Shown here: in pieces, positions 16,864 through 26,766 of the stretch
Numbering within the stretch: position 1 is the first letter of the stretch
Layout of the letters: each line of letters opens with the position of its first letter
Source of the DNA: Candidatus Gastranaerophilales bacterium
GTDB lineage: Bacteria > Cyanobacteriota > Vampirovibrionia > Gastranaerophilales > CALOAD01
NCBI GenBank assembly: GCA_942491415.1
Contig: CALOAD010000008.1
Location: 29,896-93,895 of the forward strand
Length of the DNA stretch: 64,000 bases
Direction of reading: 5' to 3'
Position numbers and translations under genes: made by a program
Notes under the pieces: generated by a model
Seen by the model: the letters and a program-made list of their open reading frames with translations, nothing else
The model's database searches: none
Told to the model about the DNA's origin: nothing

Positions 16864-17220
16864 CTATTTTTTAGTTTGAATTTTTTCTCTAATACGAGTT
16901 GCTTTACCGGTACGCTCGCGTAGGTAATAAAGTTTAGCTCTTCTCACAGCACCTTTTCTTAGCACTCTAACAGTTTCTATTCTTGGTGAGTGAATAGGGA
17001 AAACTCTTTCAACGCCAATACCTTGGAAGATTTTTCTAACCGTAATAGATTTATTTAAACCTTCGCCACGTTTTTTAATAACAACGCCTTCAAAAGCCTG
17101 TGTTCTTTCTTTGTTGCCTTCTTTAATCCTAACTGATACTTTTACTGTATCACCGGGATCAATTTGTGGAAGGTCAGTTTTTAAATTTTCTTTTTCCAGT
17201 TCTGCAATAATAGAATTCAT
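16864..17220 (-). CDS. rplS: 50S ribosomal protein L19
   Basis: The L19 sequence begins at the internal Met [11 protein letters not shown] (ATG 17220). The track ORF extends 23 codons further upstream, which is probably not translated. Confidence 0.88.
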   Translation of the reverse strand: MNSIIAELEKENLKTDLPQIDPGDTVKVSVRIKEGNKERTQAFEGVVIKKRGEGLNKSITVRKIFQGIGVERVFPIHSPRIETVRVLRKGAVRRAKLYYLRERTGKATRIREKIQTKK

Positions 17221-17436
17221 TTTTTTATCCTTTATATAGTCTTTTTTAATTTTATTTTTTTCAAAGCCTGTTTTACAGGACATTTCCACTCTTAAATCAG
17301 ATGATATTTAAAACATACAATTAATTCAAGTACTATTATAGTTTTTTTAGCTTTTTCTTACAAAAAAGTAAAATTTGTTATCTTTTTTTCAAAATTAACT
17401 TACAATGTTATTGATAAAGATTATTGAAAGTTTGAC

Positions 17437-18018
17437 ATGAAAAAAATATTATTACTAACTTTAACCCTTTGCTTGATAATCACTCAAGCATCTTATGCTG
17501 TTGAAAATACAAAAGATACAACCATTTTAAAAGAACAAGGTACTTTGTTTTACCAAAATCATGACTATCAAAATGCGTTAAATTATTTGATACAATTACC
17601 ATATCAAGAAAGAGACGAAAAAATCTTATTAATGATCGCTAATTGCTATCAAAGCACGAATAATAATGCCTATGCTTTAAGTACATTGAGATCCATGCTC
17701 AAAAAATATCCCAAAAATTCTTTTGCTTATTACAATCTTGGTATAATTACGCTAAATCAACAACTGTATAAACACGCTATTGTTTATTTTAAAAAATCAA
17801 TAAAATACGATAAGAAGTTTTTCCCGGCTCACTATAATTTAGGATTTGCTTACTACAAATCAAAAGAATACAAAGACGCTTATAAAACCTTTAAAAAAGC
17901 TCATAAATTAAATAAAAACAATTCCGATACCTTATATAACCTTGCTTTAGTTTGTGACAAATTAAAAAAAGAGAGAAAGGCTAAAAAATACCTTGCTCTC
18001 TATGAAAAATTAAAATAA
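17437..18018 (+). CDS. TPR-repeat exported protein
   Basis: 193 aa with a signal peptide ending SYA-VE and repeated A-x-x-x-Y/F-x-K-A-L/I TPR signatures. Confidence 0.8.
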   Translation: MKKILLLTLTLCLIITQASYAVENTKDTTILKEQGTLFYQNHDYQNALNYLIQLPYQERDEKILLMIANCYQSTNNNAYALSTLRSMLKKYPKNSFAYYNLGIITLNQQLYKHAIVYFKKSIKYDKKFFPAHYNLGFAYYKSKEYKDAYKTFKKAHKLNKNNSDTLYNLALVCDKLKKERKAKKYLALYEKLK

Positions 18019-18024
18019 AAACTT

Positions 18025-19032
18025 TTACGAAAGTTCGTAAGTATCTTCACTTTTAAGCTTGCGATGCATCAAATTATATACAACTTTTTCAGGTGGTATA
18101 TTTGAATATACAGCTTCGTAAATAGCCTCTGAGACAGGGGCTTCAATATTTAATTTTTTAGCCAGTTCACAAACTGCTTTTGAAGTTTTAACACCTTCAG
18201 CAACCGATCCCAGCTCTTCCAAAATCTGGTCAAGATTTTTACCTTGTCCAAGACTATAACCTACCTGATAATTACGACTAAACGGGCTCGAGCAGGTAGC
18301 AATCAAATCACCTATTCCCGATAAACCATATAAAGTACTCGGGTTTGCTCCCAGTGCAACGCTCAAACGAACAATCTCCGCCAATCCTCTTGTTAATATT
18401 GCACCTCTTGCATTATCTCCTAATCCCATAGCTCCTACAAAACCTGAAGCTATCGCTATAACGTTTTTAAGACTTCCACCCAATTCAACACCTATTACAT
18501 CGGTATTTGAGTAGAGTCTCATTTTTCCGGGAACGTTAAGAGCTTTTTGTACTTTATTTGCAACTTCTATATCTTTATTAGCAACCGATGCAGCTGTAGG
18601 AAGACCTTTTAAAACTTCTTTCGCTAAAGTAGGACCTGATAAAACCACAACAGGATTTTCAGGAAGCTCACTTTGTATAACTTCGCTCATTCGCTTTAAT
18701 GTAGAGGGTTCAAGACCTTTAGAAGTGTTTACAACAATCTGATTTGGTTTTATTTCAGCTTCTTTCAGTTGCTTGCTGACAGCTCTAACTCCTCCTGTTG
18801 CAATAACCATAAGGATTATATCTGCTTTATTTATAGCACTTTTAAGATTTGATGTTATTTGAACTTTATCTTGTAATTGGACTTCGAGAGGCTTTTCGGC
18901 TTTTTTTGTATTTAAAAACTCTGGTGTTAGATCGCATTCTCTACCCCATAAAGTAACTTCATCAAAATTATCGGTTAAAAGTTTTGTTAACGTCAGTCCC
19001 CAGCAACCGGCTCCTAAAACTGTCAATTTCAT
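18025..19032 (-). CDS. gpsA: NAD(P)H-dependent glycerol-3-phosphate dehydrogenase
   Basis: 335 aa with MKLTVLGAGCWG Rossmann start, GSLKNVIAIA, and LSGIGDLIATC. Confidence 0.93.
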   Translation of the reverse strand: MKLTVLGAGCWGLTLTKLLTDNFDEVTLWGRECDLTPEFLNTKKAEKPLEVQLQDKVQITSNLKSAINKADIILMVIATGGVRAVSKQLKEAEIKPNQIVVNTSKGLEPSTLKRMSEVIQSELPENPVVVLSGPTLAKEVLKGLPTAASVANKDIEVANKVQKALNVPGKMRLYSNTDVIGVELGGSLKNVIAIASGFVGAMGLGDNARGAILTRGLAEIVRLSVALGANPSTLYGLSGIGDLIATCSSPFSRNYQVGYSLGQGKNLDQILEELGSVAEGVKTSKAVCELAKKLNIEAPVSEAIYEAVYSNIPPEKVVYNLMHRKLKSEDTYELS

Positions 19033-19067
19033 AATTTATATATCTCCAACTCGTCTTTTTACCAATT

Positions 19068-19688
19068 TTATCTAACTTTTCGCTCTGTACCTTCAATGAG
19101 TTTTTTAATATTTTCACGGTGAAGGTAAGTAATATATAAACCGCCTAAAAGACAATAGATAACAAAGCTTAAAGGTTGTTTAAATAAATACATCCAAACA
19201 GCTGTAAGCATAACTGCAATTACAGATCCCAACGATACATATTTTGAAATATAAGTAATCAAAGACCATAATACAGCTGTTACAAGCCCTGTATGCCAAT
19301 CTAATCCAATAATTGTACCAACACCTGAAGCAACAGACTTGCCTCCTGTAAATCCAAGGAATATTGATTTACTATGACCTAAAATAACAGCCAAAGAAGC
19401 CAACACAGGTATTATTTGCAAATCTTGAAAAAGACCAAATTTAGCAGCAAGATATTTAGCTCCCAATACCGGTAAAATACCTTTAAAAGCATCTAGAAAC
19501 ATAACCGTAAAAAAGCCTTTTTTACCCAAGACTCTTTTTACATTTGTAGCTCCGGTACTTCCGCTTCCTTCGGTTCTTATATCTATTCCTTTTATCAAGC
19601 GTACAAGAATGTATCCTGTAGGGATTGAACCTATCAAATAAGCAGCAAATACTATCAATACTGAATATAAATAAATTGTATATTCCAT
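19068..19688 (-). CDS. plsY: Glycerol-3-phosphate acyltransferase PlsY
   Basis: 206 aa membrane protein with GSIPTG, GSGSTGATNV and GGKSVA motifs. Confidence 0.93.
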   Translation of the reverse strand: MEYTIYLYSVLIVFAAYLIGSIPTGYILVRLIKGIDIRTEGSGSTGATNVKRVLGKKGFFTVMFLDAFKGILPVLGAKYLAAKFGLFQDLQIIPVLASLAVILGHSKSIFLGFTGGKSVASGVGTIIGLDWHTGLVTAVLWSLITYISKYVSLGSVIAVMLTAVWMYLFKQPLSFVIYCLLGGLYITYLHRENIKKLIEGTERKVR

Positions 19689-19699
19689 AATTCCAGCCT

Positions 19700-21034
19700 T
19701 TATTTAACTTTCTTTTCTTTACGTTCTCTAAAAACAAGCCTTATAGGAGTTCCAAAGAATCCAAAAGCTTCTCTGAATTTTTTCTCCAAGTATCTTTTAT
19801 AATTTTCTTTTACTAGTTTTAAGTCATTAATAAAAATGATAAAAGTAGGAGGTGCAACTCCTAATTGCGTAGCATAATAGGCTTTTAGTTTTTTGCCTTT
19901 TACACTTGTAGGAGGGTTTAAAGCAAAAGCCTCTAATAATATTCTATTTAAAATACTTGTAGAAATCTTTTTATTGGCATGTGCATAGGTTTCAAGAGCC
20001 AAAGGAAAAAGTTTTTCGATTCTTTGCTTTGTTTTTGCACTAATAAAAAGCATTGGAGCAAAATCCAAGAATGGCGCCTCATCACGAATTTCTTTGGTAT
20101 ATTTATTGATAGTCAAAGAATCTTTACCTTCAATGGTATCCCATTTATTCATTACTAAAATCAAGCCTTTTCCTGATTTTATAGCCATTTGAGATATTTT
20201 CTTATCTTGATCTGTAAGACCTTCTTCAATATCAAGCAATAAAATTGCTATATCAGCATTATCAATAGCTTTTATTGCTCTAGTCACGGCAAATTTTTCA
20301 ACGCCGTAATCAACTTTTGATTTTTTTCTTATACCTGCGGTATCAAGCAATACAAAGTTATTTCCCCCGTAGCAAACCTCTGTGTCTATTGTGTCTCTTG
20401 TTGTTCCTGCTATTTCACTTACGATAACACGTTCTTCTCCAAGTAAAGAATTGACCAAAGAGGATTTTCCCGCATTTGGTTTCCCTACGATAGCAAGTTT
20501 TATGGGAGCATCATCCTCATCGGGTACATATTCAGGTAAAACTGCCACCAATTCATCAAGCAAGTCACCAACACCGCCTGACCCATGCATCGCTGAAATA
20601 GAATGTGGTTCACCTATTCCTAACGAATAAAAGTCGTTTATATATAACTCTTTTTCAGGTGTATCAATTTTATTCACAGCAAGGAAAATCTTTTTGTCGA
20701 TTCTTCTTAAAAGATTAGCTATGTCTATATCTATTGGGTTTAAACCTTCTATGCCATCTACTACAAAAATTATAGCATCAGCTTGCTCTGCCGCTATTTC
20801 GGCTTGTGCATATATAGACATCATTATTTCGTCTTCCATTCCGGGGACAATACCACCTGTATCGATTATGGTAAAATTATGTCTTGTCCATTCGACATCA
20901 AAATAAATTCGATCTCTTGTAACTCCCGGCATGTCGTCTACAATAGACTCTCTAGAGCCCACGAGTCTATTTACAAGTGTTGACTTGCCTACATTTGGTC
21001 TTCCGACTATTGCTACTATAGGTTTTCTTTTCAT
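19700..21034 (-). CDS. der: Ribosome-associated GTPase Der/EngA
   Basis: 444 aa with two G domains (GRPNVGKST and GKPNAGKSS) plus a KH-like C-terminus. Confidence 0.95.
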   Translation of the reverse strand: MKRKPIVAIVGRPNVGKSTLVNRLVGSRESIVDDMPGVTRDRIYFDVEWTRHNFTIIDTGGIVPGMEDEIMMSIYAQAEIAAEQADAIIFVVDGIEGLNPIDIDIANLLRRIDKKIFLAVNKIDTPEKELYINDFYSLGIGEPHSISAMHGSGGVGDLLDELVAVLPEYVPDEDDAPIKLAIVGKPNAGKSSLVNSLLGEERVIVSEIAGTTRDTIDTEVCYGGNNFVLLDTAGIRKKSKVDYGVEKFAVTRAIKAIDNADIAILLLDIEEGLTDQDKKISQMAIKSGKGLILVMNKWDTIEGKDSLTINKYTKEIRDEAPFLDFAPMLFISAKTKQRIEKLFPLALETYAHANKKISTSILNRILLEAFALNPPTSVKGKKLKAYYATQLGVAPPTFIIFINDLKLVKENYKRYLEKKFREAFGFFGTPIRLVFRERKEKKVK

Positions 21035-21146
21035 TATTTTCTACTTTATTAATTACTCACTTTCCTTAGTATAAATCAAACCAAAGATAATTGAAAATTA
21101 TAAAGCCTGTGTATACGTAAAATTTAATACTTAATCAAATTATCAT

Positions 21147-21581
21147 TCAATTAAGTAACATAACTCCAAGGTTTAACAATACTGCAAAACTGACCCATAT
21201 TGCATAAGGGAACAATAAATAAGCAGCTGGTTTTGATACGTAATAAAAATACTTAATTGTAAGAATAATAAAAATCAGCAAAAAGATTATTTCAACAAAA
21301 GCTAATGTTATTAAATGGTAGCCAAAAAATATTACCGTCCAGCCTCCATTTAAAATCAATTGCAATAAATAAAAAATAAGCCCTTTTCTTTTTTCAATAG
21401 AAGGTTTTTCAATTAACACAAGAAAAAAAGAAAGTCCTATTAAAAAATACAAAAGCATCCAAACAGGCGTGAAAACTTCATTTGGAGGTGTAAAAAAGGG
21501 TTTTTGTAACGATCCGTACCAGCTATCAATATTATTATAATTAACAAATACCGAACTTAAAGCGGGCAGATACCCTATCAA
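21147..21581 (-). CDS. TspO/MBR family tryptophan-rich membrane protein
   Basis: 144 aa with WYGSLQKPFFTPPNEVFTPVWMLLYFLIG. The track start is a TTG, so the exact start is uncertain. Confidence 0.72.
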   Translation of the reverse strand: MIGYLPALSSVFVNYNNIDSWYGSLQKPFFTPPNEVFTPVWMLLYFLIGLSFFLVLIEKPSIEKRKGLIFYLLQLILNGGWTVIFFGYHLITLAFVEIIFLLIFIILTIKYFYYVSKPAAYLLFPYAIWVSFAVLLNLGVMLLN

Positions 21582-21691
21582 TAATGAAAAAATGGAATAT
21601 AAAAAATTTTTTCATAAAATACTCCACAAGAAATTAAACTTATGAAATACATTTTTCCATCATTAAAGCTTTTTTTAATGCCCTTAAAGTT

Positions 21692-22777
21692 TTATTTTAA
21701 TCTTATTTTAGTATCTTTATCAAAGAAAATAATTTTAGACACATCAAAAGATAAACGGGTTGGCTCATTTATATTAACAACTGCATCAGGCGGTAATTTT
21801 GCCTTAACCGAATAACCTGAAATATCAAAATGTACCAATTTTTCACTACCTAGCATTTCAATTAAATCGGGGGTTACTTCTATAAAAATTTCATCTTGTG
21901 GTTTTTTATAGAAATGTTCGGGTCTTATTCCCAAAATAACTTCTTTTTGTGCTAAATCATTGTTTTTTATAATTTCTAAAATTGAATCAAACGGTTTTAT
22001 TAATTGATCCTGAATTAATATATCGTTATTTTCAGTTATTTTTACGTTTATAAAATTCATTGCAGGTGAGCCTATAAAGCCTGCTACAAAAATATTTTCG
22101 GGATTATTATAAATATTATCGGGCGTATCGATTTGTTGAATAACTCCTGCGTTTAAAATAACTATTCTATCTCCCATTGTCAAAGCTTCTACCTGATCGT
22201 GAGTTACATAGATAAAAGTTGTTTGAAGTTTCTTATGAAGTTTCTTAATTTCGCTTCTCATCTGTACTCTTAGCTTTGCATCAAGGTTAGATAGCGGCTC
22301 ATCCATAAGAAAAGCGGCAGGATTTCTCACAATTGCTCGTCCTAAAGCAACTCGCTGTCTTTGACCGCCTGATAATTGTTTTGGTTTTCGGTTCAAATAT
22401 TCTGTTAAATCAAGAATAGAAGCAGCTTCTTTGACCCTCTTGTCAATATCACCTTTTTTGAATTTTCTCATTTTTAAACCAAAAGCCATATTATCGTAGA
22501 CATTCATATGCGGATAAAGGGCATAGTTTTGGAAGACCATTGCTATATCACGATCTTTGGGTGGAGTGTCATTGACTTTATTGTCTCCGATATAAATATC
22601 ACCATCAGTAATAGACTCAAGTCCTGCTATCATACGTAATATAGTTGTTTTACCGCATCCTGAAGGACCAACAAGCACAAGAAATTCTTTATCTTTTATT
22701 TCAAGATTTATATCTTTTATTGTATGAACTTTATTATCATACGTTTTAGAGATATTTTTAAGCTCAACTTTTGCCAT
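21692..22777 (-). CDS. ABC transporter ATP-binding protein (MalK/UgpC/MsmK-type sugar importer ATPase)
   Basis: 361 aa with Walker A GPSGCGKTT, signature LSGGQRQR, Walker B FLMDEPLSNLD and a regulatory C-domain. Confidence 0.9.
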   Translation of the reverse strand: MAKVELKNISKTYDNKVHTIKDINLEIKDKEFLVLVGPSGCGKTTILRMIAGLESITDGDIYIGDNKVNDTPPKDRDIAMVFQNYALYPHMNVYDNMAFGLKMRKFKKGDIDKRVKEAASILDLTEYLNRKPKQLSGGQRQRVALGRAIVRNPAAFLMDEPLSNLDAKLRVQMRSEIKKLHKKLQTTFIYVTHDQVEALTMGDRIVILNAGVIQQIDTPDNIYNNPENIFVAGFIGSPAMNFINVKITENNDILIQDQLIKPFDSILEIIKNNDLAQKEVILGIRPEHFYKKPQDEIFIEVTPDLIEMLGSEKLVHFDISGYSVKAKLPPDAVVNINEPTRLSFDVSKIIFFDKDTKIRLK

Positions 22778-22844
22778 TTAATACTTGATTACCTAAAACT
22801 ACGTTCGTGTGATTATTTTACCATGAGTATAAAAGAAATTTATA

Positions 22845-24002
22845 CTAAATTAAATCACCCTGCAATGGTTTTGGTTTATCGACAGGAACTATAAAATTAA
22901 AGGTAGAACCTTGTAATAATTCGCTTTCAACCCAAATAGAACCGCCCAGCTCTTCTATAATTTTTCTCGTTATAGAAAGACCTAAACCCGCACCGTTGCT
23001 TTTTTTGAGAGTATTCTCTGCTTTTTTATATTCTTCAAAAATAGCATCCAAATTTTCATTCGGAATGCCCGCTCCTGTATCTGTTATCGAGAATAACAAG
23101 TAAGATTTATCTGTAAATCCCTCGTGAATGCTAATTTTATGATAATTCACAAAATCAAGATCAGGATGAGAAATTTTAAGCCTGACAGAGCCTGAATCTG
23201 TATATCTCACAGCATTATCCAGCAAGTGCATAAGTGCTTCTTTTAACATAAGTTCGTCCGTATAACAGATTTTTTTAACAAGATCCTCTGTATCTATAGT
23301 GAAAGATAATCTTTTTTCTTCCGAATAAGGACTTATTGCTCCTTTTACGGCAAGTATCACGTTATTGATATCAATGTTTTTATATTTAAATTCAATTTTG
23401 CCTGATTCAAGTTTTGCAATATCAATAATACTATTCAGTAAAGATAACAGTCTATTTGCGTTTCTGCTGATTATTGAAATGTATTTTTCTTGTTTTTCTG
23501 AAAGTTCACCGCCCAGACCATCAGACAAAGCTTGCGAAAACCCTATAATAGAATGCATAGGAGTTTTTAGCTCATGAGACAACTCGGCGATAAATTGATT
23601 TTTATCCTTACTGGCTTTTTTAGTTTTTTCATAATCATCAAGTATTGTATCCAGAAGGTTTTGCCTTTGAGTAACGTTCCGTATTGAGATAATTATCTTA
23701 TCTCCTTCTTGAGAATCTGAAGCTGTTATTTCTACAAAAACCTGATGTCCTGTTTTTGTATTTATACTGATAACAGCAGATTTTTCTTTGCTTAAAGCTC
23801 TATAAACCTGTTCAATTCCGCCATCAATAATAAAATTGATATTTTGTCCTATGGCTTCTTTTCTCGTATAGCCGAATATTTCTTGGCAACGTCTGTTCCA
23901 AAAAACAATTTGTTTATTAAAATTTATAATTACAACTCCGTCAGGATGGTTGTTCAGTAGCTCTTCTTGACTGCCTGATTTAAAAAGTGACTTTAAATTC
24001 AT
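22845..24002 (-). CDS. PAS-domain sensor histidine kinase (cytoplasmic)
   Basis: 385 aa with a PAS segment, H-box FIAELSHELKTP, N-box LLDNAVRYT, and G-boxes DTGAGIP / GAGLGLSI. Confidence 0.9.
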   Translation of the reverse strand: MNLKSLFKSGSQEELLNNHPDGVVIINFNKQIVFWNRRCQEIFGYTRKEAIGQNINFIIDGGIEQVYRALSKEKSAVISINTKTGHQVFVEITASDSQEGDKIIISIRNVTQRQNLLDTILDDYEKTKKASKDKNQFIAELSHELKTPMHSIIGFSQALSDGLGGELSEKQEKYISIISRNANRLLSLLNSIIDIAKLESGKIEFKYKNIDINNVILAVKGAISPYSEEKRLSFTIDTEDLVKKICYTDELMLKEALMHLLDNAVRYTDSGSVRLKISHPDLDFVNYHKISIHEGFTDKSYLLFSITDTGAGIPNENLDAIFEEYKKAENTLKKSNGAGLGLSITRKIIEELGGSIWVESELLQGSTFNFIVPVDKPKPLQGDLI

Positions 24003-24103
24003 ACTCTCACAAAAAATTTATATAATATCTTTAACACTGCAAACTAATATTAACATGCTAAATAGAATCAGAATAGTTATTAAGTTTTTTTTAATAAAAA
24101 ACT

Positions 24104-24940
24104 TTAAACATTTTTTGAAGACATAGCTATATCATAGATTTCACGTTTTGAAATACCTGTAAAAATTGAAACAATTTTACTGATATCTTTAGTTGAAAAT
24201 CCTTCTTTTTGCAATTGTTCTATTTTTTCTACAATCTTTGCATCAAGCTTAATGTCTGTTTTTTCAGCTTTTAGCACAGCCACAATTTCACCTTTTGGAG
24301 GTTTATTTTTGTAATGTAAATAAATTTCTTCGACATTACCTGTTTTTATCTCTTCAAAAATTTTTGTAAGTTCTCTACCCACTGTTATTTCTCGTTTTGA
24401 GCTTATATCTGTAAGTTCTTTAAGAGTTTTTACAAGCCTATTGGGTGATTCAAAAAATACAAGATTTGTATCAGAATATTTTTTCCAAAGTTTTTCTTTT
24501 TCAGACAGGTTTTTGGGTAAAAAACCCACAAACGTAAATCCTGAATCTTTAATATTTGTAGCAGATAGAACAGTGGTTAGCGAACAAGCCCCCGGTAAAG
24601 GAATTACGTTAATATTTTCTTTTTTTGCCATTTTAATTAATTCACTACCCGGATCTGATATCAAAGGAGTTCCTGCATCTGAGACCAAAGCTATATTTTT
24701 ACCTTCGAGCATTAAATCAACAAGAGTTTTTGCTTTTTCTTTTTCACTAAATTTATGATAACTAAAAAGCTTTGTCTTTATTTCATAATGATTTAGAAGT
24801 TTTTGGGTTACTCTTGTATCTTCGCAAGCAATAAAATCAACTTCTTTGAGTACTCGAAGAACCCTTAATGTTATATCTTCAAGGTTGCCGATAGGCGTTG
24901 GGCAAATATATAAAATACTTTTTTTATCCATTGAGCTCAT
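24104..24940 (-). CDS. rsmI: 16S rRNA (cytidine1402-2'-O)-methyltransferase
   Basis: 278 aa tetrapyrrole-methylase fold with LYICPTPIGNLEDITLR, CEDTR and SDAGTPLISDPG. Confidence 0.9.
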   Translation of the reverse strand: MSSMDKKSILYICPTPIGNLEDITLRVLRVLKEVDFIACEDTRVTQKLLNHYEIKTKLFSYHKFSEKEKAKTLVDLMLEGKNIALVSDAGTPLISDPGSELIKMAKKENINVIPLPGACSLTTVLSATNIKDSGFTFVGFLPKNLSEKEKLWKKYSDTNLVFFESPNRLVKTLKELTDISSKREITVGRELTKIFEEIKTGNVEEIYLHYKNKPPKGEIVAVLKAEKTDIKLDAKIVEKIEQLQKEGFSTKDISKIVSIFTGISKREIYDIAMSSKNV

Positions 24941-25709
24941 TCATTTCTTTTATAAAACTGTTTACGACATAACTCGCCATAAAATAACCTGCAACCGGTG
25001 GAACAAATGGAACACTCGCCGGCGTAAATTTAGTTATAGAAATAACTTCACCACTTTGAGTATTTATAGTTTCATTTGTTTCAACTTTTTTAAGGTTTTG
25101 AGGATGTTCAAAGCTTGTAACTACAGGCAAATTACTTTTAATATTTTCTGCTTTTAATTTGCTTAAAACATTTTTTATAAAGGGGCATTTCCCGGATTTG
25201 ACTTCGGAAATATCTGCTATATAAAGCTTTGAGGGATCAAGTCTATTGCCTGCACCCATTGAACTGATAATAGGGATGTTTTTATCCTTGCAACTTTTTA
25301 TAAGTTCAATTTTATATTTTAAAGTATCTATAGCATCTAAAACATAGTCAAAATCTTGCAATAAGGGATTAAGCTCCTTTGTGTAAAAGTCTTTAACCGT
25401 ATTAACTTTTATATGGGGATTTATTTGTTCAATTCGATCTTTCATAAGATCTGTTTTTTGCTTGCCCACATCAGGCAATAAAGCTAAAAGTTGCCTATTG
25501 ATATTTGAAGCTGAAACAGTATCAAAATCAACTAAAGTAAGTTCGCCTACGCCACTTCTTGCCAGTGCATCAGCCGCATAAGCGCCAACACCACCAAGCC
25601 CGAAGATCGCAACATGTTTTTTGAACAAACCTGCTTGGGCTTCTTCACCCCAGATCAGTTCGTTTCGGCTATAAATTTCGCTATTTTCAGTTTTATTTTT
25701 CATTTTCAA
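24924..25709 (-). CDS. tcdA: tRNA threonylcarbamoyladenosine dehydratase (ThiF/MoeB-like E1 fold)
   Basis: 261 aa with [41 protein letters not shown]. Confidence 0.82.
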   Translation of the reverse strand: MKMKNKTENSEIYSRNELIWGEEAQAGLFKKHVAIFGLGGVGAYAADALARSGVGELTLVDFDTVSASNINRQLLALLPDVGKQKTDLMKDRIEQINPHIKVNTVKDFYTKELNPLLQDFDYVLDAIDTLKYKIELIKSCKDKNIPIISSMGAGNRLDPSKLYIADISEVKSGKCPFIKNVLSKLKAENIKSNLPVVTSFEHPQNLKKVETNETINTQSGEVISITKFTPASVPFVPPVAGYFMASYVVNSFIKEMNELNG

Positions 25710-26715
25710 GATCTAAGAGTTTCTTATACAGTTTTTCTTGCTCCTCAGATGGATTTTCAGGGATTGTTATTTTTATTTTTGCCATATGGTCTCCAAAACC
25801 GGCACTTTTCTTGGGTAGTCCTAAGTTTTTGAGTCTTAAAGATTTGCCCGATTGTGTCTTGGGAGGAATAGTTATTTTCACAACTCCATGAAGTGTTTTC
25901 GCCTCAGTAACAGTTCCGAAAAGAGCCTTTGCCGGAGAAATAGCAACTTCACCAATTACGTTATCACCTTCTATTTTAAGATTAGGATGTTTTCTATACT
26001 TGACAACAAGGAATAAAGTGCCTTTTCTTCCGTATTCATCTGTTTTTCCTTCTTCCTGGAATCTGAATTTTGCACCTTCTTTTATGCCTTTAGGGATTTT
26101 GAGATTTAATGTTCTTTGATTAGTTGCATAACCGCTACCGCCACATTTAGAACAGGCGCTACCTATTTGACCTTTGCATTCGGAGCATTTGTCCATAAAA
26201 GTTACTTTTACAGATTTTGTGGTTTCACCCATTAAGTCTTCTAAATCTAAAGGAAGTTCCTGTGTTACATCAAGATTTTTTGCCGGTGGATGAGTTTGAG
26301 GATTTGTATAAGATCTAGCTCTTTTTGTATAGGCTGTTCTTGGATCTTTTTGGGCAAAATCACCGAACATCGCAGAGAAAAAGTCACTAAAGCCAAAGCC
26401 CCCAAGGTCTTCGAACCCTCCAAAACCACCCATGTTATCACCAAAATTTATATTGACATTTTCAAATCCCGGTGGTGGGGTGAAATCGGAACCTTGATTC
26501 CAATTTGAACCCAGTGAGTCATATCTTTTTCGCTTATTAGAATCTGAAAGTACTTCATAAGCTTCGTTTATATCCTTAAAATTTTCGGAGGCACCTACTG
26601 CTTTGTTGACATCAGGATGATATTTACGAGCCAATTTTCTGAATGCAGCTTTTATTTCTTTTTCAGATGCGTTTCTGGATACACCTAATATTTCGTAATA
26701 ATCTTTATATTTCAT
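25693..26715 (-). CDS. J-domain co-chaperone (DnaJ family)
   Basis: 340 aa with KDYYEILGV...YHPD J-domain, G/F-rich linker, reduced Zn-finger (CSECKG...CSKCGGSG) and C-terminal substrate-binding domains. Confidence 0.85.
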   Translation of the reverse strand: MKYKDYYEILGVSRNASEKEIKAAFRKLARKYHPDVNKAVGASENFKDINEAYEVLSDSNKRKRYDSLGSNWNQGSDFTPPPGFENVNINFGDNMGGFGGFEDLGGFGFSDFFSAMFGDFAQKDPRTAYTKRARSYTNPQTHPPAKNLDVTQELPLDLEDLMGETTKSVKVTFMDKCSECKGQIGSACSKCGGSGYATNQRTLNLKIPKGIKEGAKFRFQEEGKTDEYGRKGTLFLVVKYRKHPNLKIEGDNVIGEVAISPAKALFGTVTEAKTLHGVVKITIPPKTQSGKSLRLKNLGLPKKSAGFGDHMAKIKITIPENPSEEQEKLYKKLLDLENEK

Positions 26716-26766
26716 AGTTTAAACCGTTTTATTCTCTCAATTACACTTTATTTTAATCGATTATCG

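Noticed and set aside
17221-17289. N-terminal 23-aa extension of rplS; likewise 35957..36028 for the pilin-like gene.
   Set aside because: The extensions are Lys-rich read-through of intergenic DNA. The conserved L19 sequence and the prepilin-like leader both begin at internal Met codons, and the pilin start then abuts the upstream stop.
19522-19737. 71-aa ORF spanning the plsY start and the der stop.
   Set aside because: It overlaps two well-supported genes in another frame and is Arg/Lys-rich nonsense.
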